From Takakia lepidozioides (Eukaryota > Plantae > Bryophyta), in NCBI GenBank assembly GCA_030704615.1, contig CM060731.1, forward strand, positions 93,496,001-93,560,000: 64,000 nucleotides of DNA, read 5' to 3'. The notes beneath the pieces were generated by a model. It was not told the DNA's origin. It searched no databases and saw only the letters and a program-made list of their open reading frames with translations. Positions 47,940 to 59,265 of this stretch are shown here, one piece after another; the stretch's first letter is position 1, and the number at the start of each line of letters is the position of its first letter. The translations under genes and the position numbers were made by a program.

Positions 47940-50900
47940 GCATTATCTGACTACAGACACAAGCAGCACACAGAATGTGGAACCTTTGACCAATGGTACG
48001 TGAAGAGGTGACGCCCACCAAGGTCACGTTCGTTTCTGCTCTCAGCAGCGTGTGCCAGCATAGGTGCCCTGGAAAAGGGAAAACAGGTCCAAGCTGACAT
48101 TTTGAAAGCTGGAATTGCACCAGATATCATTCTAGAGGTTGCCCTTGCTGCCATCTATGCCAAGTGCGGGAGCATAAAGGAGGCCCGTCGAGTTTTCGTC
48201 AATATGGCTGGACGAGATGTGGTTTCATGGAGTGCGATGATTGCAGGATATGCTCAGCAAGGGTGTGGTCAGGAGGCCTTGGAGACCTATGAGCAAATGA
48301 TATGGGAAGGGTGGGTACCGAACAAAGTCACATTCACTTCCGTTCTCGATGCATGTGCCAGCCTAGCAGACCTGGAAAAGGCCAAAAAGATCCATGCTGA
48401 TATTATCAAAGCCAGAATTGAGCCACCCGACATCCTTGAGCGCGGAGGGGTTTCACGCAATATGGTGACGGTACCCTCTTCTTCGACCTATTTCAGCCTG
48501 TTTTTGCCTCTCATCAGACTAGGCCCTGAGATGCCTGTTATCAGAATCAGCCCTAAATTTTCATGTTGAATTCTGCAAGTTAGCTGGTTGACTAAACCTT
48601 TGATAGTTTGGAGTGACTGACATGATACTGCCAATGTGACAACAGGAAAGTATCCAGAAACAGGTAACAAAGACGAGAAGCTGTGGAATGAATACTTTTC
48701 TGACCCCTGTTAATGGTGGGACAATCGAGGCAAAAAAGGTAAATGCCTGTTGGATTACAGAGAGTAGCAGATGCAATTGAGCATAGGAACTAGTGTGATA
48801 AGTTGAGTTGGGTGTTTCCTAGAACAAATCTAGGCTGTCATTGTCAGCTGCTAGCAGCAAAGCAAGGATGTATGCATGATTTGTACATAGGCATGGATAG
48901 CTGAAGGAGCAGGGATAGAGTGTGGGTCCAGACTCATCCAACAGGGCCGGACTTCAAGCTCTAGATGACCTATGATTCCCTGTGGATCAATAGCTACAAG
49001 AAACCTGCATGGGGAAATGGTCAACTAACTAGCGCAACATAAAGAGTGCAGTCTTAACATTCAGTGACAATCTGCCATCACACCCCATCGATTCATCAGC
49101 TCCTGACAACGGGTGTTGCACATATATTACTATGCTCAAATTTATGGGCATATACCGTTACCACAACTTCTGAAAGAGGATCAAGAGAGGGAGTCCACAA
49201 TGCCTCTTCTGGCACTTCTGGGCATGTGAAGATGCTTTGTGAGGCAAGCAAACTGAAAGAGGCTCTACAAACTTTAAACCAAGGAGGAATTTCAGCAGAT
49301 TCAGATACGTATGTCTGTCTCTTGCATAAGTGCATCAAGATGAAAGGCCTTGAAGCTGGAAAGCAGGTGCACACGAGGGGTGAAGCCCATCCACAGCACG
49401 TTCGTTTGTGTTTGCGGACTCAGAATCAGATCCTTGAAAACCGCTTCTTCCGCCAGGACTTAACCTGTTTGACAGGGCAATCCTGCTTCCAAGATAGAGT
49501 CGATTAACTTAGGGTATGTGTTTTTAGTCCTACATTGCAGCTGACCCAACCATCTGACCTTGAATTCCTCTCGTCTAGAGTTATACATAGAGAGAGTATT
49601 CCTAGGACGTTGTTTGCCGTAGCCTTGTGGACATTGACTCCGCGCCCAGTTTAAACAATTGATCCGGGTTTTCCAGATATCCTCTAGAAATCCCTTTACA
49701 CAAGCATCAACCTGCTGTGTGTGGTTTGCCCAATAACTAGGCCCCAAAAGGGCCTGGGCGTTTGGCTCAGCCTCGAGACTTTCAAAGTTGCTAAACAGAG
49801 GTACAGGCGTATGAGCAAATGATGCGCGAAGGGGTGAAGCCCAACCACATCACGTTCGGTTGCATTTGCAGTGCGTATGCAAGCCTAGGAGCCCTAGAAA
49901 AGGGGAAAGAGGTCCATGATGACCTCGTCAAAGCTGGAATTGTACCAGATGTCATTCTCAACACTGCCTTGGTGGACATGTATGCCAAATGTGGGTGCAT
50001 TAAGGATGCAAAGGCAGTTTTCAACAATATGCAGGCTGAACGAGATGTGGTGTCGTGGAGCGCGATGCTTGCAGGGTATGCACAGCAGGGACGTGGGGTG
50101 GCGGCTTTGGAGACCTATGAACAAATGATGGGGGAAGGGGTGAAGCCCAACCACATCACGTTTGTGTGCGTTTGCAATGCGTGTGCAAAGCCTGGGAGCT
50201 CTGGAAAAGGGCAAAGAGGCCCACGGCGACATCGTCAGAGCTAGAATTGTACCCGATGTCATTCTGAACAATGCCCTCGCGGACATGTATGCCAAATGTG
50301 GGAGCATCGAGGATGCGAAGGCAGTGTTCAACAATATGGCTGAATGAAATGTGGTGTCATGGAACGCGATGCTTGCAGGGCATACACAGCAGGGGCGCGG
50401 GATGGAGGCTTTGGAGACGTGTGAGCAGATGATGGTGGAAGGGGTGAAGGCCGACCACATCACATCTATGCGTTTGCAAGCTTGGCAGCCCTGGAAAATG
50501 GCAAAGAGTGCATGGTTGTATCGCAAAAGCTGGAATTGTACCAGATGTGATTCTGAACGATATCCTCGTGGGCATGTATGCAAAATGTGGGTGCATTAAG
50601 GATGCAAAGGGAGTTTTCAACACTATTGCTGAACGAGATGTGGTGTCATTGAAGACGATGCTTGCAGGGTATCCACAACAGGGACGTGGTATGGGGGCTT
50701 TGGAGACCTTGATCAGATGATGGGGCAAGGGTGAAGCCCAACCACATCACGTTTCTATGCATTAGCAATGCGTGTGCAAGCCTGGCAGCTCTGGAAAAGG
50801 GCAAAGAGGTCCATGGCGACATGGTCAGAGCTGCAGTTGTACCAAATGTCATTATGAACAATACCCTCGTGGACATGTATGAAGGGAGTGTTTGACAATA

Positions 50901-51075
50901 TGGTTGAATGAGATGTGGTGTCGTGGAGTGCGATGATTGCAGGATATGCACAGCAAGGGCACGGGATGGAGGCTTTGGAGACCTATGAGCAAATGATGTG
51001 CAAAGGGGGTGAAGCCCAACTACATGACGTTTGTTTGCATTTGCAATGCGTGTGCAAGCCTGGCAGCCCTGGAAA
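47940..51075 (+). pseudogene. PLS-class PPR repeat pseudogene segments
   Basis: Repeated ALVDMYAKCGCIKDA..VF..M..RDVVSW.AM.AGYAQQG.G..ALE.YEQM..EGVKPNHITF, with stops and frameshifts. Confidence 0.92.
48666..49028 (+). pseudogene. OSB-type PDF ssDNA-binding motif split by an intron, upstream of a PPR N-terminus
   Basis: KLWNEYFSDPC*WWDNRGKK (48666-48738), a GT..AG intron, then THPTGPDFKL*MTYDSLWINSYKKPAW (from 48932). Confidence 0.7.
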
Positions 51076-51081
51076 AGCCCT

Positions 51082-53140
51082 ATTCCAGAGCTGCTAGGCT
51101 TGCACACGCACTGCAAAACACACAAACGTGATGTGGTCGGGCCTCACCCCTTTGCACATCATTTGCTCATAGGTCTCCAAAGCCTCCATCCCGCGCCTCT
51201 GCTGTGCATACCTTGCAAGCCTCGCGTTGGGCAATGTTCAGAATGACATTTGGTACAATTCCAGATTTGACGATGTCACCATGGGCCTCTTTCCCCTTTT
51301 CCAGGGCTGCCAGGCTTGCACACGCACTGCAAATGCAAACAAATGTGCCTTTAGTTGACCATCTACCCATGCAGGTTTCTTGTAGCTATTGATCCACATG
51401 GAATCATAGGTAATCTGGAGCTTGAAGTCCGGTCCCCTTGGATGAATCTGGACCCACATTCTATCCCTGCTCCTTCAACTATCCATGCCTCTGCACAAAT
51501 CATGCATACATCCTTGCCTTGCTGCTAGCAGCTGACAATGACAGCCTGTGACAGGCTCAATAAACTTTGGAATAGAGCTCCAAAGCCTCCATCCCGCGCC
51601 CCTGCTGTGCATACCCCTGCAAGCATTGCAATAATTTCTCGTGCAACAATTTTGGATATCAACTTGGTGCCAGTGTGGCAGTCCCCACATATACATAGGT
51701 TTTTAATGATGCGGATAGGGGTCCTAGGGGGTGTGCTAATGAGCCCAAAAGCTATGGCCAGCTTTTCGCTGTGGTGGTAAAGAGCCCGTTCCTTCATCTG
51801 CTGATCCACATCACGCAACACAAAGCGTGTCTCAGGCACATATCCCGCCTCCTTAATCTGCCAAGTCAATCTCTCTAACGCATCATAGATCTCCTCTGCT
51901 TGTGGGTGAGATCTATCTCCAATGGCAAATGTATCCATCTTGTGATTCCACCTTGAAAATACATTCTGCAGCACACTCTGCTAACTCCACATTTCCATAG
52001 ATTCTGCGGGCACCAAGCAAGGCCCCCCACACTGAAGCACTTGGTTTGAGTGCCATGTTGGCAATAAAATATTCTTCATCCAAGCGCCCTGCATGGCCAA
52101 GGAGGTCAACCATGCAGGTGCAGTGCTTTTCTGTTGGTGTAATGCCATGCTATTGACACATGGATTGAAAATAATGACCACCTTCATCTACAAGGCCCAA
52201 ATGGCTGCATGCAGAGAGAACACCAATAAATGTGACCTCATTTGGCTTCACACTAGTTTAAACAGTTGGAGAGCCTCGTGACCACGCCCATGCTGAGCGT
52301 ATCCTATAATCATCGTAGTCCATGAGACCACATCTGGTTTAAGAATTTTGTCAAACACCTCCCGTGCATCCTCTACACTCCCACATTTGGTATACAAATC
52401 AATGAGGGCATTCCTGACGTAGCATCTGACTCACACACAGATTTGATAATGTAGGCATGGACCCACTTGCCCTGTTCCAGGGATGCTTCACACCCTCTCT
52501 TTGCATTTGTCGAAAGAGTTTGAAAGCCTCCTCACCATGACCACTATGTGCACATCCTCCAATCATCGCAGTCCATGAGACCACATCTCGCTTAGGCATT
52601 CTGACAAACACATTGAGTGCATCCATCACACTCCTGCACTTGCAATACATACTGACAAGGGCATTCCTGAGTCCAACATCTGACTCAAATTCAGCTTTGA
52701 TGATGCTGGCAAGGAGCTGCTTGCCCCGTTCTAAAGCCTCCGGGCCAGCACAAGCGTTGAGGACAATAATAAAAGAGACAATATCTGCCTTCATGCCTTC
52801 TCTTTGCATGCGCTGAAAGAGTTAAAAAGACCATGACCATGCTGAGCAGATCCTGCAATCATAGCAGTCCACGAGAGCCCATTTCGCTTGGGCATTGCAC
52901 GTCAAATACTCGGGTGGCATCCATCAAACTCTCACACCTGCAATACATGCTGACAAGGGCAGTCCCCACAGGGACATCCCCCTCAAGTCCAGCCTCAATG
53001 CACGCACCACATCACGTTCAGCAATACTGTCAAACACTCCATTTGCATCCTCGATGCACCCACATTTGACATACATGTCCACCAGGGCAGTGTTCACAAT
53101 GACATCGGGTACAATTCCAGATTTGATAATGTCACCATGG
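51082..53140 (-). pseudogene. Inverted PPR-E-DYW segment with the DYW domain truncated
   Basis: MVDLLGHAGRLDE, VWGALLGA, FAIGDRSHPQ, GYVPET, HHSEKLAIAFGL...KNLCICGDCH...KIVAREII. The terminal DYW segment is missing after about 51630. Confidence 0.92.
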
Positions 53141-53141
53141 T

Positions 53142-54740
53142 CCATGGTTGCATCGTCAAAGCTGGAATTGTACCAGATGTCATCCTGAACACTGCCCTGG
53201 TGGACATGTATGCCAAATGTGGGTGCATTAAGGATGCGAATGGAGTTAATTTCAGCATTATGGCTGAACGAGATGTGGCGTCGTGGAACACATTGCTTGC
53301 AAGGGTATGCACAGTAGGGGCGCGGGATGGAGGCTTTGGAGCTCTATTCCAAAGTTTATTGAGCCTGTCACAGGCTGTCATTGTCAGCTGCTAGCAGCAA
53401 GGCAAGGATGTATGCATGATTTGTGCAGAGGCATGGATAGTTGAAGGAGCAGGGATAGAATGTGGGTCCAGATTCATCCAAGGGGACCGGACTTCAAGCT
53501 CCAGATTACCTATGATTCCCTGTGGATCAATAGCTACAAGAAACCTGCATGGGTAGATGGTCAACTAAAGGCACGTTTGTTTGCATTTGCAGTGCGTGTG
53601 CAAGCCTGGCAGCCCTGGAAAAGAGGAAAGAGGCCCATGGTGACATCGTCAAATACCAGATGTCATTCTGAACATTGCCCAACGCGATGCTTGCAGGGTA
53701 TGCACAACAGGGGCGCGGGATGGAGGCTTTGGAGACCTATGAACAAATGATGGGGGAAAAGGTGAAGTGCAACCACATCACGTTTGTGTGCATTGGCAAT
53801 GCTTGTGCAAGCCTAGCAGCCGTGGAAAAGGGAAAAGTGTGGGTCCAGATTCAGCATCTGCGGCACAATTCATAAAATCAGGCACTGCTAATGAAGGCAT
53901 CTTCTTCAAAACATTTCACCCTGTTTTCCCCCCTTATCGAAATCGTCCTTAAATTTTCATGTTGATTTCTGCAAGTTACTGGTTGAGTGAACCTTTGATA
54001 GTTGGCAATGCGTGTGCAAGCCTGACAGCTCTGGAGAAGGGCAAAGAGGTCCATGGCGACATTGTCAGAGCTGCAATTGTACCACATGTCATTCTGAACA
54101 ATACCCTCGTGGACATGTATGAAGGGAACAGTATGGCTGAACGAGATGTGGTGTCGTGGAACTTGATGTTTGTAGGGTCTGCACAGCAGGGGCACTGGAT
54201 GGAGGTTTTGGCACCAGATGTTGTGCTTGGCACACTATATAAACCCAGTAAGACCAGGGAGTAGTTGAGCAGCTCAGTCTCAACCCTTTCCTAGTGCCAA
54301 CAAACTCTGATGTGGATTCACGCCAAGAAAGGTCTGGAAGCTGGAAAGCAGGTGCACACTCACAAGCATCGCAGGGTATGCACAGCAGGGACGTGGGATG
54401 GTGGATTTGGAGACCTATGATCAAATTATGGGGGAAGGGGTGAAGCCCAACACATCATGTTTTTGTGCGATTGCAATGCTTGTGCAAGCCTGGCAGCCCT
54501 GGAAAAGGTCAAAAGAGGTCTATGGTGACATTGTCAAAGCTGGAATTGTACCAGATGTCATTCTGAACTCTGCCCTGGTGGACATGTATGCCCAATGTGG
54601 GTGCATTGAGGATGCAAAGCAAGGAACTTATGTGTACTCTGTTTATGTACTGAGTGGCAAGGAGGCTTTGGAGATTGTGAATGGGTGATGCCTGGTAGGT
54701 GAACCTCATGTGTATTCTGATGCCTGTGCCAGTCTTTGAG
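53142..54740 (+). pseudogene. Further PLS PPR pseudogene segments
   Basis: The same PPR motifs in ORFs 53137-53394, 53675-53875, 53959-54264 and 54398-54688. Confidence 0.88.
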
Positions 54741-55194
54741 CACTGAAAAAGTGCAGATGGATCTGTATGTATTTGTAAGCCTTTACGTTCTGATGTGAGG
54801 TTCTCTGGTTTTATGATAGGAACAAAACAATTGTGAGCAGGAAGTGAAGGGCCAGTTCCTATTGGAATTCCTCAATCAGCATAGCTGGGCCTGAATCAAA
54901 CATCAATGGACTAGGCCTTTCGTCTTCACTAGGTGTTGTTGCTAAGAAAATAACCGATTGTGAGAGGGTCCCTAATCGAATGATGCTTCCAGGTACAGGT
55001 GAAGCAGAGGAATATAACATACTGTTACATCGCACTTTGCACCTAACTTCCCAACAACGCGGTGTAGCATCAACCTCGGTCTGAGAGAGAAAGCCACAGT
55101 TCTATAGATTAGCGTGATTAATTTTAAAGTTGCACTCTCAGGGTTTAATAATTCTCCTAAAAAACCCACCGATATATACTTTCATCTGCCCCTG

Positions 55195-55237
<43 letters not shown>

Positions 55238-55258
55238 ACACCATACATACAAACAACC

Positions 55259-55983
55259 ATGTCAACGTCAGAAATAGCCGACATAATAGACACTGTAATG
55301 GACCAATAAATTCAGGAAATAACCCACCAAGACATGACAAACGTGATATACGACAGTTTCACGTCCAATGACCATCATGCCCTAAAGGTGGGGAACACAT
55401 GGAAGCGCCTGCCCTACAGTACAAACTTCCACAGCGCCTTGTGAAACGTCCCTTCAGACCGTGAAGTAATAACAATCTTCGTAGGTATTGCAAAATTCCC
55501 CTACCTTGGCAAAACCGGGAATTACAGATTCGTGACTTTCGCCAAAGAACTCAAAGACGCAAAATTCACAATATTGATAGAAGACAGCCATTTCTTGTTC
55601 AACTACGCAAATACAATACAGAATGGTTCGATAATTGAAGGAGGAGAGGCGAGGACATGACGTGGATGGACAACATGAGCTTCACGAAAAAGCTCCTAAA
55701 AACTAACGCAAACAACAACTCTGGCTCGACGTCCAGTAACAACAAACGTCAAAAAACAAACAATGACGGGATGTACAATACAATAGAAGTCCTTAACGAA
55801 AATGGCCAAAAAATGGATGGAGAATCCGTACGTTCAGGGGATCTTGTTGCAGTCAAGTGTAACATCCGATATTGGATGAATTTCCATCACAAGAAACACG
55901 GGCTTTCATTCCAATTAAAAGGGGTCAAACTGTTGGCCAAAGCAGAAGGAGGAGACAGAGTGACAACTGGAGCAAAAGCATAG
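55259..55983 (+). pseudogene. Decayed ORF with an OB-fold/gp2.5-like SSB-type C-terminus
   Basis: IEVLNENGQKMDGESVRSGDLVAVKCNIRYW...HGLSFQLKGVKLL. The upstream part has stops and a frameshift. Confidence 0.45.
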
Positions 55984-56095
55984 CTTGGTAGAGCTTAAAT
56001 TAGACACATCTAAACGTTCCATGTAAGGGCCACCATATTTTCTCTCTCTCATGATCCTCGAGTATGGCCCATCCGTCCGGACGTCCTTCTCAGAA

Positions 56096-56132
56096 GTCGT
56101 CGCTAGTAGTGCGGAGCAACGCGAAGCCCTAG
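56096..56132 (+). mobile_element. Helitron-like 3' end
   Basis: GTCGTCGCTAG, then GCGGAGCAACGCGAAGCC-CTAG followed by T. Confidence 0.45.
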
Positions 56133-57639
56133 TAAAGCATTAGTTATTTCTAAGATTTGTAGAAAGTGGTGGGTAGTGTGGTATATTTTGTCGAAGGGTC
56201 TACCTGTCCGCTCGAAGGCTGGAGTCAGTCTGCTGGAGGGTGTGCCCAGTCTGCTAGAAGGTTGGAGTCAGTCCACGTTTGGCATAGAAAGAGCTAAGCC
56301 AAAGAACACCAATGTGGGGCCTGTTCAAGAGGGAGAGGGAGACAAGGAGGGTGACTACATTACTTGTGTGTTCAAGGTTGTTAGCTTGGTTTCATCATAG
56401 AGTAAAACTGCATTTGTGAAGGCCAAATGTGGTTGGGCAAATGTTGAAGTCTTTTTTGACTAGGATTAGGTACCTTGAAAAGTTTTCCTCCGCAGATCCA
56501 ATATCATATGCAAAAGTATTGATCAAACAATTTTTGAGAGCATTTCTCCCTGGTAAAGGGTACGATTCCCAAAAATCTTCTCTGGAACATCCAGCAGTAC
56601 CTAATTTGGAGAGTGAACAAGTGGGAAAGTGTGCAACCCATGCTGGACCAGCCAAATCAATCCCAAACTATAGCCATTACATACTTTTCCGCCCATTTTC
56701 AAACTCGACACACTCTCAATTCAGATCAATGCATACACCGAACAGTACCCTGCAACTATGTTTGTTCTTGGAATTGCCTCGAAAAAATATCAAAAACCTA
56801 ATTCTCATCTGCTTTTCATACAAGTTCTTCGTGCAAGACACATTTGTAGGAACGTCGAGAGAGAGACATGTGGGAGACGATAGCTATACGCGTGTCAAGG
56901 GATCCCCTTGGTTTGCTTGCTTTGAAGGAGTATGTTGCAGAGGATCAAACAAGTGTGAGAGATCCGTGTGAGAGACGGAGGGAGGAGGCCCTGCTTTTCT
57001 TTTTATTTGGCGGGTGTGAGGATTCTGTCTCGCACGGAATCAATGGTAGGCGAAGGGGTGACAGGTGACAGCTCTAAGAAACCATGGTGGGCGCAACGTT
57101 GGATTACCAAGCTGCATTACTGGACGATTTTGTCATTAAACTTCGCTCAATTTTCTGAAGGCAGCCACTGGAAAGAGATCATTTCAAGTAATTAGTGCAG
57201 AAGGCGCACCAAGGTAAGCATTTTGGATGACAGGTATGTCAGCAATGATGTTATGCATATGCTGGAACAGCCCAACCTAAGCAACTTCGTTGTAGAGCTC
57301 TCTCTCTCTCTCTCTCCCTCTCCCGCGGACGTTATAAAGCACATTTCATTTCATATCTCTCCCTCTCATGCTATATGTTGAGGGAAGTGTCAAACTGGGA
57401 GGACTTTGGAAGCCCCAAGCCTTGTTGGTGTAGATCTTAAATTGCAAGCCCAACTAATTGGACAAGAGTTGTGGGTTACAATGCATTGTTCCATACACCC
57501 AGCATCCTTTCTGCCAAGACATGCCATCAAGCCATTTCTGGATTTTACATTTTAAGATACTGGCTTGGCCGACAAGCTCGCCCACTGTCGAGCTCCTGTA
57601 GTTCAAGTAGCTCACATGACGAAGGGCCTGACAACCAAA

Positions 57640-59265
57640 GACAATGACTTTGTCTTTGCATAGACTGCAAGGGGATTCGGCGACGCCTCATAAGGATTTG
57701 TGAAGCATGAGCAACATCGTGAGCTTTTCCAAGCACAAGCTGCGGTCGGCGATGATCTTGAGGAGGATCCCGATCCCAATCCCGAGGTTAATGATGGGCC
57801 AGCCGATGATGGAGAAGAACATGAAGACGTAGATGAAGATGATGAGGGATGGAGAGGCAAACTTCCTTGATGCATGGGAAGCGCTGCAAACTCCTGTGTA
57901 CGATGGATGTGGAACCAGTGTGTTGTCCTTCACACTTCTTCTTCTGGAGTGGCAGAGTACCCATCAGGTCACAAACATTGCTTTCAACAGGATCCTAAGC
58001 TTGATTAGGGAAGAGCTTGGTCACAAGAATTTACCACAAGTCATTACAAGGCAAAGGTTGGGCTGAACAAATTGGGGCTAGGGTACAACAAGATGCATGC
58101 TATTCAAAAAGAAGGAGAAAAGAAGGAGATGACGTGTCGTGTGTGTCACACAAATAGGTACAGGAATGAGAAAAAGAAGATCCCTCGGAAAGTTCTATGG
58201 CATTTTCCATTAATACCTAGACTTTTGAGGATATGCCATACGGAGTCCCTTGCAGCATTGATGTCTGGGTTTAGGGACACGGCAAGCTCAGATAGCATGT
58301 GTAGGAATCCTGAATATAGTGTTGCTTGGAAGCACATCGACACTATGTGGCTAGAGTTTGGTGAGGAGCACAAGAATGTGAGGTTGGGGCTGGCGTTGGA
58401 TGGGATTAATCCATATGGCTCCAACGACACTAGATGGTCAACATGGCCGGTTATTCTTCTCAATTACAACCTGCGCCCAAACATAGTGACGAAACTTGTC
58501 TTTGTAATGCTCAGCCTGCTCATCCCTAGGAAGAAACAAGTGCAACTTATGGATGTGTATTTGGAACCTCTGATCAACAAACTCCAACTACTGTGGGTAG
58601 GTAAAAAACGATTGGATCCTTTTGATCATAATATATCCAATTGCAGCAAAAGTTTTGTGAAGATTAATGCATCGAATCTCTGAGCAATGTTGATTTGCCT
58701 TACTCGTTGTTTTGCCTACTTGATTATATAGGTGTGCGGGCCTATGACATCAATAAACCTCCCCAAGATCGGAATTTCACACTTCGAGGCATTTTACTAT
58801 GGACAATCCACGACTTTGTTGGCTATCAGTATGCGGCTGGCTGTTCAACAGACGGCTATTTTGCATGTCCTACTTGAGGGCAAGCTTGGAGAGGTTGCTG
58901 ATCAAAACACCTTGGAAAGTGTGTGAGTGAGGGGCATCGCCGGCTCCTTCCACTCGATCATCCGTTCCGATTCCCAGGAGAAGCCTTTACGGAGCTTGAG
59001 GACCCGCCTCCCCCGTTGTCTGTAACTGGAGAGGATTGGCTCACTAGGGCCAGGCAAGTGGACCCCACAATGATAGGCAGGGACGATGAAGAAGAAGATG
59101 ATTTGGATATCGGAGGAATCAAGAGGGTATCAATCTTTTTCAAGTTGACATATTGGAAGTACCTTCTCATCCGCAACCTTCTCGACCCCATGCATGTAGA
59201 AAAGAAATGTTTGTCAGCTGTTGTTGGGGTTCTTGTTTGGAGATAATGACACCCCTGAAGTAAGG
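57640..59265 (+). pseudogene. CACTA transposase (Tnp2/Transposase_21), decayed and interrupted
   Basis: TPVYDGC..SVLS; WHFPLIPRL; NVRLGLALDGINPY; STWPVILLNYNL; DVYLEPLI; LLWTIHDF; GHRRLLPLDHPFR; SIFFKLTYW..LLIRNLLDPMHVEK. Confidence 0.92.
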
